A DNA stretch of 64,000 bases, taken from positions 34,128 to 98,127 of the forward strand of contig CAWHCF010000021.1 of the NCBI GenBank assembly GCA_963827655.1. Reading direction: 5' to 3'. The notes beneath the pieces are model-generated. The model was not told where the DNA came from. It saw only the letters and a program-made list of their open reading frames with translations, and searched no databases. This stretch comes from an uncultured Acidobacteriota bacterium. GTDB taxonomy: Bacteria > Acidobacteriota > UBA6911. Positions 10,287 to 20,403 of the stretch are shown here, piece after piece. Numbering within the stretch: position 1 is the stretch's first letter; each line of letters opens with the position of its first letter. The position numbers and the translations under genes were made by a program.

Positions 10287-11468
10287 GCAAGAACCTTCAG
10301 CTGGTAGTGCTGGGAATCATGGGCCGGATGCCATTTGCAGGTGTCGCGTGGCAGACCTTGCATTACCTTGAGGGTTTCCGGCGGTTGGGCTGTGATGTCT
10401 ATTACGTCGAAGACACGTCGGACTGGCCGTACGACCCGGAGAAAAACGCGATCACAGGAGACTGCAGCTACACCGTTCGGTACCTTGAGCGGCTCATGAC
10501 CTGGTTGGGCATGGCGGATCATTGGGCCTACCGCTCGGCGGCTGACGGCGGCCGCACCTTCGGCCTCTCGGAACCTCAGGTCTCGCAACTGTTCGATCGA
10601 ACGGAAGTTCTGGTCAATCTTTGTGGAGCGACGCGGTTGCGCGATGAGCACCTCGGTGTTCCGGTTCGAATTTATCTCGAGACAGATCCCGTCGTACCCC
10701 AGATCGAGGTCGCACAAGGCCGCGCATTTACTATCGATCTGCTGGGCGCTCATACACACCATTTCACATATGGGGAGAGCCTCGGTTGTCCCGATTGCGA
10801 CGTGCCCCTGGACCGGTTCGAGTACCAAGCGACACGGCAGCCGATCATTCTTGATTGGTGGACCTCGCCTCACTCGAACGGGAAGAAACCGCCGCCACCC
10901 GCCGGTTGCTTCACCACCATCGCCAACTGGTATCAATCGGGCAAGAACATCCAGTGGAACGGCGAGACCTATACTTGGAGCAAGCATCTCGAGTTCTTGA
11001 AATTCATCGATCTCCCGCGCAGGACGCAGGACCGGCTTGAGTTGGCTCTCGCCAGCGTAGATACCGAAGCGGTCCGGATGCTGACAGCGCACGGATGGCA
11101 AATCGCTGACGCAATGGCTCTCTCGAAAGACATCTTACCCTACCGAGACTATATTCTCGGCTCGCGCGCAGAATTCACAGTGGCCAAGGATCAGAACGTT
11201 CGACTGCGCTCGGGCTGGTTCAGCGACCGGAGTGCCTGTTACCTGGCTGCCGGTCGACCCGTAATCACACAGGAGACGGGTTTCAGCCGCTTGTTTCCCA
11301 CCGGCAAGGGGCTCTTTGGCTTCACGAAAATGGATGAAATCCTGGCGGCGGTGGAGGCGATCGCGAGCGATTACGATGGAAATTGTCACTCAGCCCGTGC
11401 CCTGGCAAGCCGAGTATTTCGCTGCAGAAAAAGTGCTTGGCCGTCTACTGGCAAGGGCTGGCCTGTGA
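10283..11468 (+). CDS. GT-B fold glycosyltransferase-like protein; probable +1 error near 11409
   Basis: SGWFSDRSACYLAAGRPVITQETGF. Removing one A gives the C-terminus AEYFAAEKVLGRLLARAGL*. Confidence 0.75.
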
Positions 11469-11488
11469 CGTAAGATGAAGACCGACAC

Positions 11489-12493
11489 ATGCGCATTGGG
11501 TTAGTCTCGACCATGAGGACTGCCGTTCCGCCTCGGAAGGCAGGTTCAGTGGAACTCATAGTCGGGCTGATGGCAGAAGAACTTGCCCGCCGTGGACATG
11601 AGGTCACGGTCTTCGGACCGGAGGACTCTCGGGTTTCGACGCGCGTGATATCCCTGCTTCCGAAGGGCTACCATCACGACCCGACAATCTGGGATTGGCA
11701 ACTGGCGGAGTTTATGCAGATGGGACTCGTGTATGAGCACGCAGCGGAGTTTGACGTCATCAACAGCCACGTCTATTGCTATGCCCTCCCATTCACTCGC
11801 CTGGTTAAGACCCCGACGGTTCACACTTTTCATATTTGCCCGACGCCAGACTTCCTGCGCTTTTGCAGGATGTACCCGGATGGCTCCTACGTGCTGATTT
11901 CGGAGTTTCAGCGCAGGTTTTTCGACGGCGTACGGATCTCTGGCGTGGTCTACAACGGAGTTGACACCGCATCCTTCCCCTTCAACCCCGAACCTGGAAG
12001 CTATTGCGTTTACCTCGGCGATTTCCGCCCGGATAAAGGCCCGCTGGAGTCCATCCGGGCTGCACGAAGCGCGGGAATTCCAATCCGGCTTGCCGGACCC
12101 GAATCGGAATACTTCCATCAGATGATCAAGCCTGAGCTCGATGGGTTCAATGTTGAATATGTGGGTGAGGTTGACCACGCCGGCAAAGTCGCCCTTCTCG
12201 GCGATGCGTTAGCCATGCTGTTTCCGGTCAGCGGACTGGAGGCTTGTCCACTCGTACTACTGGAATCTATGGCGTGTGGGACTCCCGTCTTGGCGATCGA
12301 TAGCGGGCCGGTGCCGGAGATCGTGACCCAGGGAGTCGGAGGTATCTATGTCGGGGAGCTGGCCTCGCTGGAAGAGCAGTTGAAGCATATCGACAAGCTC
12401 GACCGGTCCGCCGTCCGTCGCCTGGCCGTCGAGCGTTTTGATGTCTCGCGCATGGTAGACGATTATCTTCGTATCTTTGAGCTTGTCGCGTGA
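11489..12493 (+). CDS. Glycosyltransferase family 4
   Basis: GHEVTVF, VYNGVD, KG and EACPLVLLESMACGTPV motifs. Confidence 0.9.
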   Translation: MRIGLVSTMRTAVPPRKAGSVELIVGLMAEELARRGHEVTVFGPEDSRVSTRVISLLPKGYHHDPTIWDWQLAEFMQMGLVYEHAAEFDVINSHVYCYALPFTRLVKTPTVHTFHICPTPDFLRFCRMYPDGSYVLISEFQRRFFDGVRISGVVYNGVDTASFPFNPEPGSYCVYLGDFRPDKGPLESIRAARSAGIPIRLAGPESEYFHQMIKPELDGFNVEYVGEVDHAGKVALLGDALAMLFPVSGLEACPLVLLESMACGTPVLAIDSGPVPEIVTQGVGGIYVGELASLEEQLKHIDKLDRSAVRRLAVERFDVSRMVDDYLRIFELVA

Positions 12494-12699
12494 CGGGCGC
12501 CCGGTCGCTGGATGTACGGGCTGCCGCCAGGACTCTTCTCAAAGATCGCGCCAGCCTTTACCTTGAAGGCAGGTTCTGCCTCACATAAGATTTTGTTATT
12601 CAAAAACGCGGGACGAAAGGACTCGAAGCATTCGAAGAACCTGAATAACGTGACACAACTTTTCGACACCTCCTGGCCCATCACCTCTTGCGGATCTTG

Positions 12700-14361
12700 A
12701 TGAGACACCTGAGCTTCGTCACTAGAATCTGGACTTATCTGTGGCAAGAGCGACTACCTTTGCTCATCATTCTCGGCTGCTTTATTTTCTCCGGTTTTCT
12801 TGTCTCACCACTACGCAACGTCCCGCTCATTGATGATTGGACCTACGTCTGGAGCGTTGAAAATCTAATCAAGACAGGTCACCTGGCTGTGCTGGACTGG
12901 AATGGCCACTACCCAATTTTACAAATTCTCCTGGGGGGTCTCGTTTCTCTCTTGTTTGGTTTCTCGTTTGGTGTACTCAGGGTCTTGACTGTCTCACTGG
13001 CCATTGTCGGCTGCATGGCGCTATATCTAACTCTGCGTGAGGCTGAGCTGGACCGCGAACGCAGCCTGCTCGGCGCCCTGACCCTTGCGGTCAACCCGGT
13101 ATTCTTCTGCTTGAGCTTCTCATTCATGACGGATGTTCCGTTTTTGAGCATGATGACGATCGCCCTGCTGTTCTATGTTGCAGGAACCAGGCGCGAAAGC
13201 CAGGCGTTGCTATGGATGGGGAGCTTATTTGCGGTGGCCGCATTTCTTTCAAGGCAGATCGGCTTTATCATCCCGCTGGTCCTGGTCCCCTGCCTGGTGA
13301 AGCGCAAAACGGGGCAACCGGGGTTGTGGAAAAAACTTATGCCGCTCGCGGCTTCCCTGAGCGTCATGGGAGTCTTGTGGCTGTGGATGTTGAAGAGTCT
13401 GGGCAGCACCAGCGTCATAGCGAAGAAAGTGCAGGAAATGCGGTACCTGTTCTTGATCAGTCCCGGAGAATACCTGGATTTCAATATGGGACTGCTGCTT
13501 AACGTGACGTTCGCAGTTTTTCCACTGCTGATTGCCGGAATTGTTTTCAGGCCAAGATGGTGGCCCCTTGCTGTTGCGCTCTTGACGATCGGCGGCGCAT
13601 TGCTGCTGCAGATACGCTTCGGCGAGGTGCCGTCTCCTATATCCGATCGGGGGACCTGGAGCTTGCAAGAGCTCGCCGATGTACGCGGTCTGATCCAGGG
13701 AAGTCTGACCGCGCCAGGGCCGCTTGACCGGTTCTCTTTACCAATCAGCGCGCTCATGCTGACTTCAGCTTCGATTCTGGCCGCCGGCACTCTGCGCCTC
13801 TTTATCAAGGCTCGAGGCAGGATGAGTCGACCGACAATGATTATTATGACAATCGGATTATTGCACTTTATTCTCATCAACGCGCTATGGTTCTACCATG
13901 ATCGATATTACCTGGTGCTGCTGCCCTCACTTATCTTTCTATCCTTGAAACTCACCGCTAAAACTGGATTCTCAAGGAGCGTGGCCTTGAGCGGCATTCT
14001 CATGTTGGGCTTCGTTTCCGTTTCCGGAACGTGGGATGCTCTGCGCTTCAACCAGGCCTGCCTGGAGGCGTTTCACTACCTGCGGAGTGCCGGGGCCCCG
14101 GTTGCCGAAATAGATGCGGGATATTCCATTACAGGCTGGATGCTTTACGCCCATCCTGAAAACTTGCCACCGGCTGCCAACCCGGCTGAAGATGTCCCGT
14201 GGATAACATCGAACGAGAAGTTGCCTTATGTCATTTCAAATACGCCTCTCCCTGGGCATAAGGTCCTCAAAGAATTCTCCTGGAATGGGTCTCTGTGGGC
14301 CGTTTCAAATACTGTGTACGCCCTGCACAAGCAAGATAGCGGAGTGAATACGGTCCCGTGA
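12700..14361 (+). CDS. GT-C membrane glycosyltransferase (ArnT/PMT-like)
   Basis: PLIDDWTY acidic motif, FMTDVPF, SRQIG, DRYYLVLLP and many TM helices. Confidence 0.75.
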   Translation: MRHLSFVTRIWTYLWQERLPLLIILGCFIFSGFLVSPLRNVPLIDDWTYVWSVENLIKTGHLAVLDWNGHYPILQILLGGLVSLLFGFSFGVLRVLTVSLAIVGCMALYLTLREAELDRERSLLGALTLAVNPVFFCLSFSFMTDVPFLSMMTIALLFYVAGTRRESQALLWMGSLFAVAAFLSRQIGFIIPLVLVPCLVKRKTGQPGLWKKLMPLAASLSVMGVLWLWMLKSLGSTSVIAKKVQEMRYLFLISPGEYLDFNMGLLLNVTFAVFPLLIAGIVFRPRWWPLAVALLTIGGALLLQIRFGEVPSPISDRGTWSLQELADVRGLIQGSLTAPGPLDRFSLPISALMLTSASILAAGTLRLFIKARGRMSRPTMIIMTIGLLHFILINALWFYHDRYYLVLLPSLIFLSLKLTAKTGFSRSVALSGILMLGFVSVSGTWDALRFNQACLEAFHYLRSAGAPVAEIDAGYSITGWMLYAHPENLPPAANPAEDVPWITSNEKLPYVISNTPLPGHKVLKEFSWNGSLWAVSNTVYALHKQDSGVNTVP

Positions 14362-14425
14362 GAGCTGCGCACAACCACGGACGGATCGAGGGACTCAAGT
14401 CCCGCAAATTCTGAGGGACATCAGC

Positions 14426-14911
14426 ATGAATTCGCCTGAGGAAAGCGTCCTCGAGGCGCTACGGAATCTCGGCGTGCCCTATGAGGCGATCGAGATCGAT
14501 CCGGCCTTCGCGGACACGGCCGCATTCTGCGAGAAGTATAGGTATCCCGTGGAGCGCGCGTGCAACACCATCATCGTGGCCTCGAAAAAGGAGCCGAAGA
14601 AATTCGTTGCCTGCGTCGTGCTGGCCGATACGCGCCTCGACGTAAACAAGCGGGTCACGAAGCTGATGGGTGTTCCGAAAGCGTCTTTCGCCTCCGCTGA
14701 TGAAATGATGGCGCTGACCGGCATGCTGGTCGGTGGAGTGACGCCCTTCTGTCTGCCACCCGGAATTCCTCTTTACGTCGATGACCGCATCATGGCGCTC
14801 GACTGGATCATTCTCGGCGGCGGCGGCCGCAGCCTGAAGGTCAAGATATCTCCCGCGGTGTTTGAAAAGCTCGGCGCCGAAGTGATTTTCGATTTAGGAT
14901 TTAGGATCTAG
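14426..14911 (+). CDS. YbaK/EbsC family aminoacyl-tRNA editing protein
   Basis: LTGMLVGGVTPF and GGGGRSLKV motifs, 161 aa. Confidence 0.85.
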   Translation: MNSPEESVLEALRNLGVPYEAIEIDPAFADTAAFCEKYRYPVERACNTIIVASKKEPKKFVACVVLADTRLDVNKRVTKLMGVPKASFASADEMMALTGMLVGGVTPFCLPPGIPLYVDDRIMALDWIILGGGGRSLKVKISPAVFEKLGAEVIFDLGFRI

Positions 14912-15008
14912 GGCTCTATCTGGTGGTCTGGCGGGTTACACTAAAACTTGCGCTGAATCCTGAATCCCTGGGTTTTGCCTGAATCCTAAATCCTGAATCC
15001 TAGATCCT
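14884..15008. repeat. Inverted heptamer arrays (GATTTAG)n ... (CTRAATC)n
   Basis: gattttc gatttag gatttag gatctag at 14884-14911. ctgaatc ctgaatc at 14953 and ctgaatc ctaaatc ctgaatc ctagatc at 14979-15006. Confidence 0.8.
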
Positions 15009-15011
15009 GGC

Positions 15012-17807
15012 ATGAGACACAATCCATCGTCGGCGCTGAGCCGCGACATCCACCTGCTCGGCGATTTACTCGGGGACGTGCTGCTCGATCAGGAGGGGCG
15101 GCGCGTATTCGAAATTGAAGAAAGTCTGCGCAGCTCCGCGAAGCGCATGCGGCGGCGTTTTTCCCGCGAGGAAGTCCGCGCAATGGAGCGCCTGGTGCGC
15201 CGCCTCGACGTCGAGACGGCGGCGGCCAGCCTGCGCGCCTTCACCGTTTATTTCCAGCTCATCAACGAGGCCGAGCAAAAAGAGATCGTACGGGTCAACC
15301 GCGCTCGCGAGTTCGAGTCGGGCGCGAAGCCGCGCGCCGAGTCCATTGCCGAGGCGGTCTACTGGGCGAAGAACGCGGGCCTCGGGAGCGCCGAGTTCCA
15401 GGATCTTCTGCGACGCCTGAAAGTGCAGCCGGTTCTTACCGCGCATCCCACCGAGGCGAAGCGCCGGACCGTGCTCGAGAAACTGAAACAGATCTCGGCG
15501 CTTCTGTTCGCGCTCGATGTCCCGGTCCTGCTGCCCGGCGACCAGGAGCGCATCATCGCCGGGATCCGGCGCCAGATCGTTGCGCTCTGGCACACCGACG
15601 AAGTCCGAGCCACGCGGTTGACCCCGGTGGACGAGGTCGACAATAGCCTGTACTTCTTCGACCAGACCATCTTCGCCCTCGCTCCCGAGCTCCACCGCGA
15701 CATGGACCGCGCCCTCCGGCGCTACTATCCCGGGCATCGGTTTGAGATCCCGCCTCTGGTTCACTTCGGCTCCTGGGTGGGCGGCGATCGGGACGGCAAC
15801 CCCAACGTCACACCGGAGATTACCCGGAGCTCCGTTCGGGCACATCTCGCGCTCTCGCTGCGGCGCTATATAGAGGCGATCGGCAACCTCCGGCGCGATC
15901 TGAGCGAATCGATCCGTCTCGTGAATGTGAGTGATGAGCTCCTGGCGTCCATCGACGAGGACCGCCGCGTGATCACCCTGGACCAGGAGACGATGCGTCG
16001 CTATATAGTCGAGCCTTACCGCCTCAAGCTCTGGTTTGTCGAACGGCGCCTCCGCCACACGCTGGCTGCCGTCGCCGAAGGAAGACCGGCGGACGCGCCG
16101 GGCTATCCCTCGGCTGCCGCTTTTCTCGCCGACCTCGAACTGATCCGCGACAGCCTGCGCGCAAACAAGGGGGCGGCGCTGGCCGACAGCGGCCTGCTCC
16201 CCGACCTGATGCTTCAGGTCGGGACCTTCGGTTTCCGGCTGGCCGAGCTCGACGTGAGGCAGCACAGCGAGGAGCACGAGCGCGCTCTCACCGACATCTT
16301 CGCCGCCCTGCGGATGCTTCCAAAGCCCTACTCGGAGCTGGGTGAAAGCGAAAAGGCCAGGCTTCTCACGACGATTTTGCTGGAGCCGCGGCCGCTGATC
16401 AGCCCGGTGGTGGCGCTTCCGCCCGAGACTCAAAAGACCGTCGACGTTTTCCGCGCCATCCGAGAGAGCCAGGCAAGCTTCGGCTCCGACGTGATTCGCT
16501 GCTATGTCATCAGCTTCACGCACGCGGTCAGCGACGTGCTGGAGGTGTTGCTTCTGGCCAAAGAGGCCGGGCTGTTCCGCTGGCGCGCCGGCGGCGGGGG
16601 CCTCGCCTCGGAGAGCGACATCGATATCGCGCCGCTCTTCGAGACCGTCGACGACCTGCGAGGCGCCGGCCGGCTGCTCGACGCCCTCTTCGCCAATCCG
16701 GCCTACCGGCATCAGCTCGACGCCCGGGGCCGCTTTCAGGAAGTGATGCTCGGCTACTCGGACAGCAATAAGGACGGCGGCTATCTGTCGGCCAATTGGG
16801 AGTTGTACAAGGGGCAGGACACGATCGTCCGGACCTGCCGGAATCACAGCGTTGCCTGGCGCTTCTTTCACGGGCGCGGCGGAAGCATCGGCCGTGGCGG
16901 TGGCCGCGCCGGTCAGGCGATTCTGGCGCAGCCGAACGGGAGCGTGGCCGGGCGCTTCCGCTTCACCGAGCAGGGGGAGGTGATCTCGTTCCGCTACTCG
17001 CTTCTGCCCCTGGCCCACCGGCACGTGGAGCAGATTCTACACGCCGTCCTGCTCACCAACGCCCCTGAAACCGAGAAGCGCTGGCACCGGCACGTCCGCC
17101 GGGATTGGCTCGAGGAGATGGAAGAGGTGGCTGAGATTTCGCGCCGGGCTTACCGCGAGCTGATCTACGACGACCCGGAGTTCTGGAGCTTTTACGTGCA
17201 GGCGACGCCGGTCGGCTACATCAGCCGCCTCCCCATTGCGTCCCGTCCTGCGCATCGCAAGGGACTCGAGCATCTCGAGGATCTGCGCGCAATCCCGTGG
17301 GTCTTCAGCTGGACCCAGACGCGCATGATGCTACCCACCTGGTACGGCGTCGGGACCGCCCTCCATGACCGCCTCCACAAGGCGGCGGGCGCCAGGAGAT
17401 ACCGCGAGATGTACCGAAGCTGGCCTTTCTTTCGCACCGTCGTCGACAACTGCGCCATGGGAGTGGCCAAGGCCGACATGCACGCGGCGCGGCAGTACGT
17501 CCGCCTGGTGGAACCTCCCGCGCTCGGGCGCCGCATCTTCCGAACGATCACCCGGGAATTCGAGCGTACCCGCGGCGTGCTGCTCAAAATCAGCCGTCAA
17601 CGGCAGATCCTCGACAATGCGCCCGCGATCCAGCGCTCGATCCGGGTGCGCAATCCCTATACCGATCCCTTGAATTTCATCCAGGCCGAGCTGCTGCGGC
17701 GCGCGCGGAACCTCGAGGGCAAAGGAGGACCGGAGCTCGAGCGCCTCAACTCCGCGATTCTACTGAGCATCAACGGTATCGCCGCGGCCATGCAGGAGAC
17801 AGGGTAA
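15012..17807 (+). CDS. ppc: Phosphoenolpyruvate carboxylase
   Basis: VLTAHPTE, GSWVGGDRDGNP, QEVMLGYSDSNKDGG, FHGRGGSIGRGG, LRAIPWVFSWTQ and C-terminal MQETG. Confidence 0.97.
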   Translation: MRHNPSSALSRDIHLLGDLLGDVLLDQEGRRVFEIEESLRSSAKRMRRRFSREEVRAMERLVRRLDVETAAASLRAFTVYFQLINEAEQKEIVRVNRAREFESGAKPRAESIAEAVYWAKNAGLGSAEFQDLLRRLKVQPVLTAHPTEAKRRTVLEKLKQISALLFALDVPVLLPGDQERIIAGIRRQIVALWHTDEVRATRLTPVDEVDNSLYFFDQTIFALAPELHRDMDRALRRYYPGHRFEIPPLVHFGSWVGGDRDGNPNVTPEITRSSVRAHLALSLRRYIEAIGNLRRDLSESIRLVNVSDELLASIDEDRRVITLDQETMRRYIVEPYRLKLWFVERRLRHTLAAVAEGRPADAPGYPSAAAFLADLELIRDSLRANKGAALADSGLLPDLMLQVGTFGFRLAELDVRQHSEEHERALTDIFAALRMLPKPYSELGESEKARLLTTILLEPRPLISPVVALPPETQKTVDVFRAIRESQASFGSDVIRCYVISFTHAVSDVLEVLLLAKEAGLFRWRAGGGGLASESDIDIAPLFETVDDLRGAGRLLDALFANPAYRHQLDARGRFQEVMLGYSDSNKDGGYLSANWELYKGQDTIVRTCRNHSVAWRFFHGRGGSIGRGGGRAGQAILAQPNGSVAGRFRFTEQGEVISFRYSLLPLAHRHVEQILHAVLLTNAPETEKRWHRHVRRDWLEEMEEVAEISRRAYRELIYDDPEFWSFYVQATPVGYISRLPIASRPAHRKGLEHLEDLRAIPWVFSWTQTRMMLPTWYGVGTALHDRLHKAAGARRYREMYRSWPFFRTVVDNCAMGVAKADMHAARQYVRLVEPPALGRRIFRTITREFERTRGVLLKISRQRQILDNAPAIQRSIRVRNPYTDPLNFIQAELLRRARNLEGKGGPELERLNSAILLSINGIAAAMQETG

Positions 17808-17813
17808 AAAAGC

Positions 17814-17926
17814 TACCACTAAGACGCGAAGACGCGTGAAGCGCCTCGGATTATTCGTGTCCCGCTTCGCACCATTACCGTCTTAGTGTTTCTTCGTGTC
17901 TTTGTGTCCTGGTGGTATTTGTTTCG
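17814..17926. repeat. 9-mer-based REP-like doublet (forward and reverse copy); probable terminator between convergent genes
   Basis: taccactaagacgcgaagacgc...tcttagtgtttcttcgtgtctttgtgtcctggtggtatttgtttcg. Confidence 0.8.
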
Positions 17927-17929
17927 AAG

Positions 17930-18934
17930 TCAGCGGGAAGAACGAAACCACACGACTTTGTCGGGTCGCGCGCCGGTCAGCGGCTCGCCATCGGAGTTTA
18001 CATCCACCGAATGATGTCCCTTCGATTCGACACAGCCGATGATTTTTCCGGTTTTGCGATCGACTTTCACCAGCCAGGGCTCGACGCCGTTCGCGACATT
18101 GTGCGGCTGCGTACCGATCCAGAGGTCGCCGCCCGGTGTCACCGTGATGGAGAAGGTTTTGCCGAGATCATTCCACTCGCCCAGATAGCGGCCTTCGAGG
18201 TCGAACCGCTGGATACGGCCATTCTCGCGATCGGCGACGTAGATGATGCCCTCGCGATCTATGGTGAGGCCGTGCGGCAGCCTGAACTCGCCCGGACCTG
18301 TTCCGGGGCTTCCCCACTCACGGATGCGCTTCCCGTTCGCGCGGTATTCGAGGATACGCGCGTTGGCGTATCCATCGGAAATGAAGACCCGCTCGCCCGG
18401 ACCGAAGGCGATGTCGGTCGTGCCGCAAAACTCGCTCCTCGGATTAGTGGGAAGCCCGCCAACATTGATCTCAAGCAGGAGTTTGCCCTCGGGAGAGAAC
18501 TTGTAGACCATCGAACTGGCCGCATCCGCCGTCCAGACATTCCCGGAGGGATCGATCCGGATGCTGTGCGGAATCTTGTAGAGCCCTTTGCCCCACGAGC
18601 GCAGGATCCGGCCGTCGCGATCCACGACGATGACAGGGTCAGCCTTCGCTCCGCGCTGGAGCAAATAGATGATGCCCTTGCGATCGACGGCAACGGAAGA
18701 GACCATCTCCAGGCTCCAGTCAGGCCGCGGAGCCTGGACCGTAAGCTCGCCCATCTTCAATGGCAGGCGGGGCGAACCGCGCAGCAGCACGCGCAGTTTC
18801 TCGGCCCGAGCGTCCAGTTCCTCCTTACTCGGAGCCTGGGCGAAGAGCGGCAGCGAAAGGAACAGCGCGGCGAAACAAATACCACGAAGACGCGAAGGCA
18901 CGAAGAAACACCAAGAATATGACTCGACACTCAC
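17930..18934 (-). CDS. Secreted NHL-repeat beta-propeller (peptidyl-alpha-hydroxyglycine lyase-like)
   Basis: PHSIRID, FISDGYANARI, GEFRLPHGL and VADRENGRIQ motifs, with a signal peptide. Confidence 0.85.
   Translation of the reverse strand: MSVESYSWCFFVPSRLRGICFAALFLSLPLFAQAPSKEELDARAEKLRVLLRGSPRLPLKMGELTVQAPRPDWSLEMVSSVAVDRKGIIYLLQRGAKADPVIVVDRDGRILRSWGKGLYKIPHSIRIDPSGNVWTADAASSMVYKFSPEGKLLLEINVGGLPTNPRSEFCGTTDIAFGPGERVFISDGYANARILEYRANGKRIREWGSPGTGPGEFRLPHGLTIDREGIIYVADRENGRIQRFDLEGRYLGEWNDLGKTFSITVTPGGDLWIGTQPHNVANGVEPWLVKVDRKTGKIIGCVESKGHHSVDVNSDGEPLTGARPDKVVWFRSSR
18871..18916 (+). repeat. REP-like copy inside the 5' end of the NHL gene
   Basis: cgaaacaaataccacgaagacgcgaaggcacgaagaaacaccaaga; 40/46 identical to the reverse complement of 17881-17926 (manual count). 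Confidence 0.85.
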
Positions 18935-19890
18935 GAGGACTTCTTGCGCGCGTCGAGAATGGGGATGACCGTGACCTTGCGGAACCAGACCCTCTCATGA
19001 TCGCCCTGAACCATGATCGGTCCCGGGTCCAGTTCGTTCGCGTCGAGGGCGCCTCCGGTGAGGCCTTCGATCACGGCATTGTCGTGCACCTTCTTGCCGT
19101 TAAGGAAAATTGTCACTCGATTGCCTACCAGCGTAGCTTCCATGGACTGCCATTCGGCGGGCGGCTTGCTGGCGTTTACGTCCGGCGCCTTGCGCGCGTA
19201 AATGGCCATATGGCCATGGCTCTCCGGCTCTTTGCCGGCGTCGTCGAGCAGCTGCAGCTCATAACGCCCGCGCAGATAGATGCCGCTGTTGCTTCCCTTC
19301 TCGAGCTTGTACTCAGCCTGGATCCTGAAGTCCTGAAACTTTTCCTGCGAAACCAGGTTGTTGGCGTGCGACTCGTTCGTCATGACGCCGTCCTCTATCT
19401 TCCAGCCCATGGGCTTCTCTTTGTGCTGAACCGTCCATGCGTCCAGAGACTTGCCGTTGAACAACTCGACCGGTTTTCCCAGAGTGTGTTTCGCGTTAGC
19501 GTCGTACGAGCCCCATTGGGGCGGACGCACGCCGGCAACATTCACCGCATCGCTGCCCGATTTCACGGTGCCGGTGAGTCCTTTGCCTGCCGCCTTGAGC
19601 TGTACCTCCGGCGCCGGCCGGTCCGGGCGGGAACGAAGCGTGAACGTCAGCTGGTCTTTCTCGAGCTTGATGTTCTCGACCGGGACGGGGCTACCGCCGC
19701 GGTTCAGAAACAGCGCGCTGAGTTTCCCTCCGTCCTCTTTCACTTCCAGCCAGTAAACCTGATTCGCGTGTGGCCCCTGGCCGGTGATGTTCCATTTGCC
19801 GAGGAACGGATTCTGTTGCGCATGCGTCATCATCACTCCCGTTACCAGAACCAGAATTGCTGCCAACCGTCTTGCAAGCCGCATTCCCAT
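18931..19890 (-). CDS. DUF1080 (3-keto-disaccharide hydrolase) domain protein
   Basis: LFNGKSLDAW, NSGIYLRGRYELQ, QGDH and FRKV motifs. Signal peptide, with AGGAGG before ATG 19890. Confidence 0.88.
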   Translation of the reverse strand: MGMRLARRLAAILVLVTGVMMTHAQQNPFLGKWNITGQGPHANQVYWLEVKEDGGKLSALFLNRGGSPVPVENIKLEKDQLTFTLRSRPDRPAPEVQLKAAGKGLTGTVKSGSDAVNVAGVRPPQWGSYDANAKHTLGKPVELFNGKSLDAWTVQHKEKPMGWKIEDGVMTNESHANNLVSQEKFQDFRIQAEYKLEKGSNSGIYLRGRYELQLLDDAGKEPESHGHMAIYARKAPDVNASKPPAEWQSMEATLVGNRVTIFLNGKKVHDNAVIEGLTGGALDANELDPGPIMVQGDHERVWFRKVTVIPILDARKKSS

Positions 19891-20175
19891 AAGCCTCCTT
19901 CCAGGTGAGAAAATGCTCCTCGGATTATTCGCCACGTGGCCTGTGAGATCAACTCCAATCGGCGCAAGGCATGGACGTATCCGGTCGGTTGGTTGTTTGA
20001 CGAGGAGTTTGATTCGTTTTGCCATTCTCATTCTCCGTATTCTGGGCCACACCTACAAAGCCGCGAAGGGCTAGGAACGACGACCGATTATCTGGTATCG
20101 TACGCGAAAGCGCAGCGGCGGGTACGGAAACGAGGTTCACCGTCGTCCGAGAGATTTCAAAGAGGGAAACCAGCT

Positions 20176-20403
20176 ATGGAGATTTTTCCAGGCATCTCAA
20201 TGGATCCGGCGATACGCTTCGGCAAACCGTGTCTCATCGGTACTCGCATAGACGTCGCTACCGTTATGGGCGCACTCGCGGCCGGTGAGAGCTTCGATGA
20301 AGTGGAAAAATCGTACCGTCTTACCCGAGAACAGATCCTGGCTGCGCTTCGTTACGCCGCACACGTTGCTGCTCATTTGCCGCCAGCGGTCGAAGTCTCG
20401 TGA
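20176..20403 (+). CDS. DUF433 domain antitoxin
   Basis: DPAIRFGKPCLIGTRI...GES..E....Y.LTREQILAAL.YA. Confidence 0.9.
   Translation: MEIFPGISMDPAIRFGKPCLIGTRIDVATVMGALAAGESFDEVEKSYRLTREQILAALRYAAHVAAHLPPAVEVS

Noticed and set aside
15066-17024. 652-aa minus-strand ORF
   Set aside because: Antisense shadow of ppc in GC-rich DNA, with no motifs.
17912-19908. 336-aa and 382-aa plus-strand ORFs
   Set aside because: Antisense to the NHL and DUF1080 genes.
19891-20052. MRMAKRIKLL upstream of DUF1080 as another gene-start duplication
   Set aside because: The similarity to MRLARRLAAIL is too weak at the DNA level.
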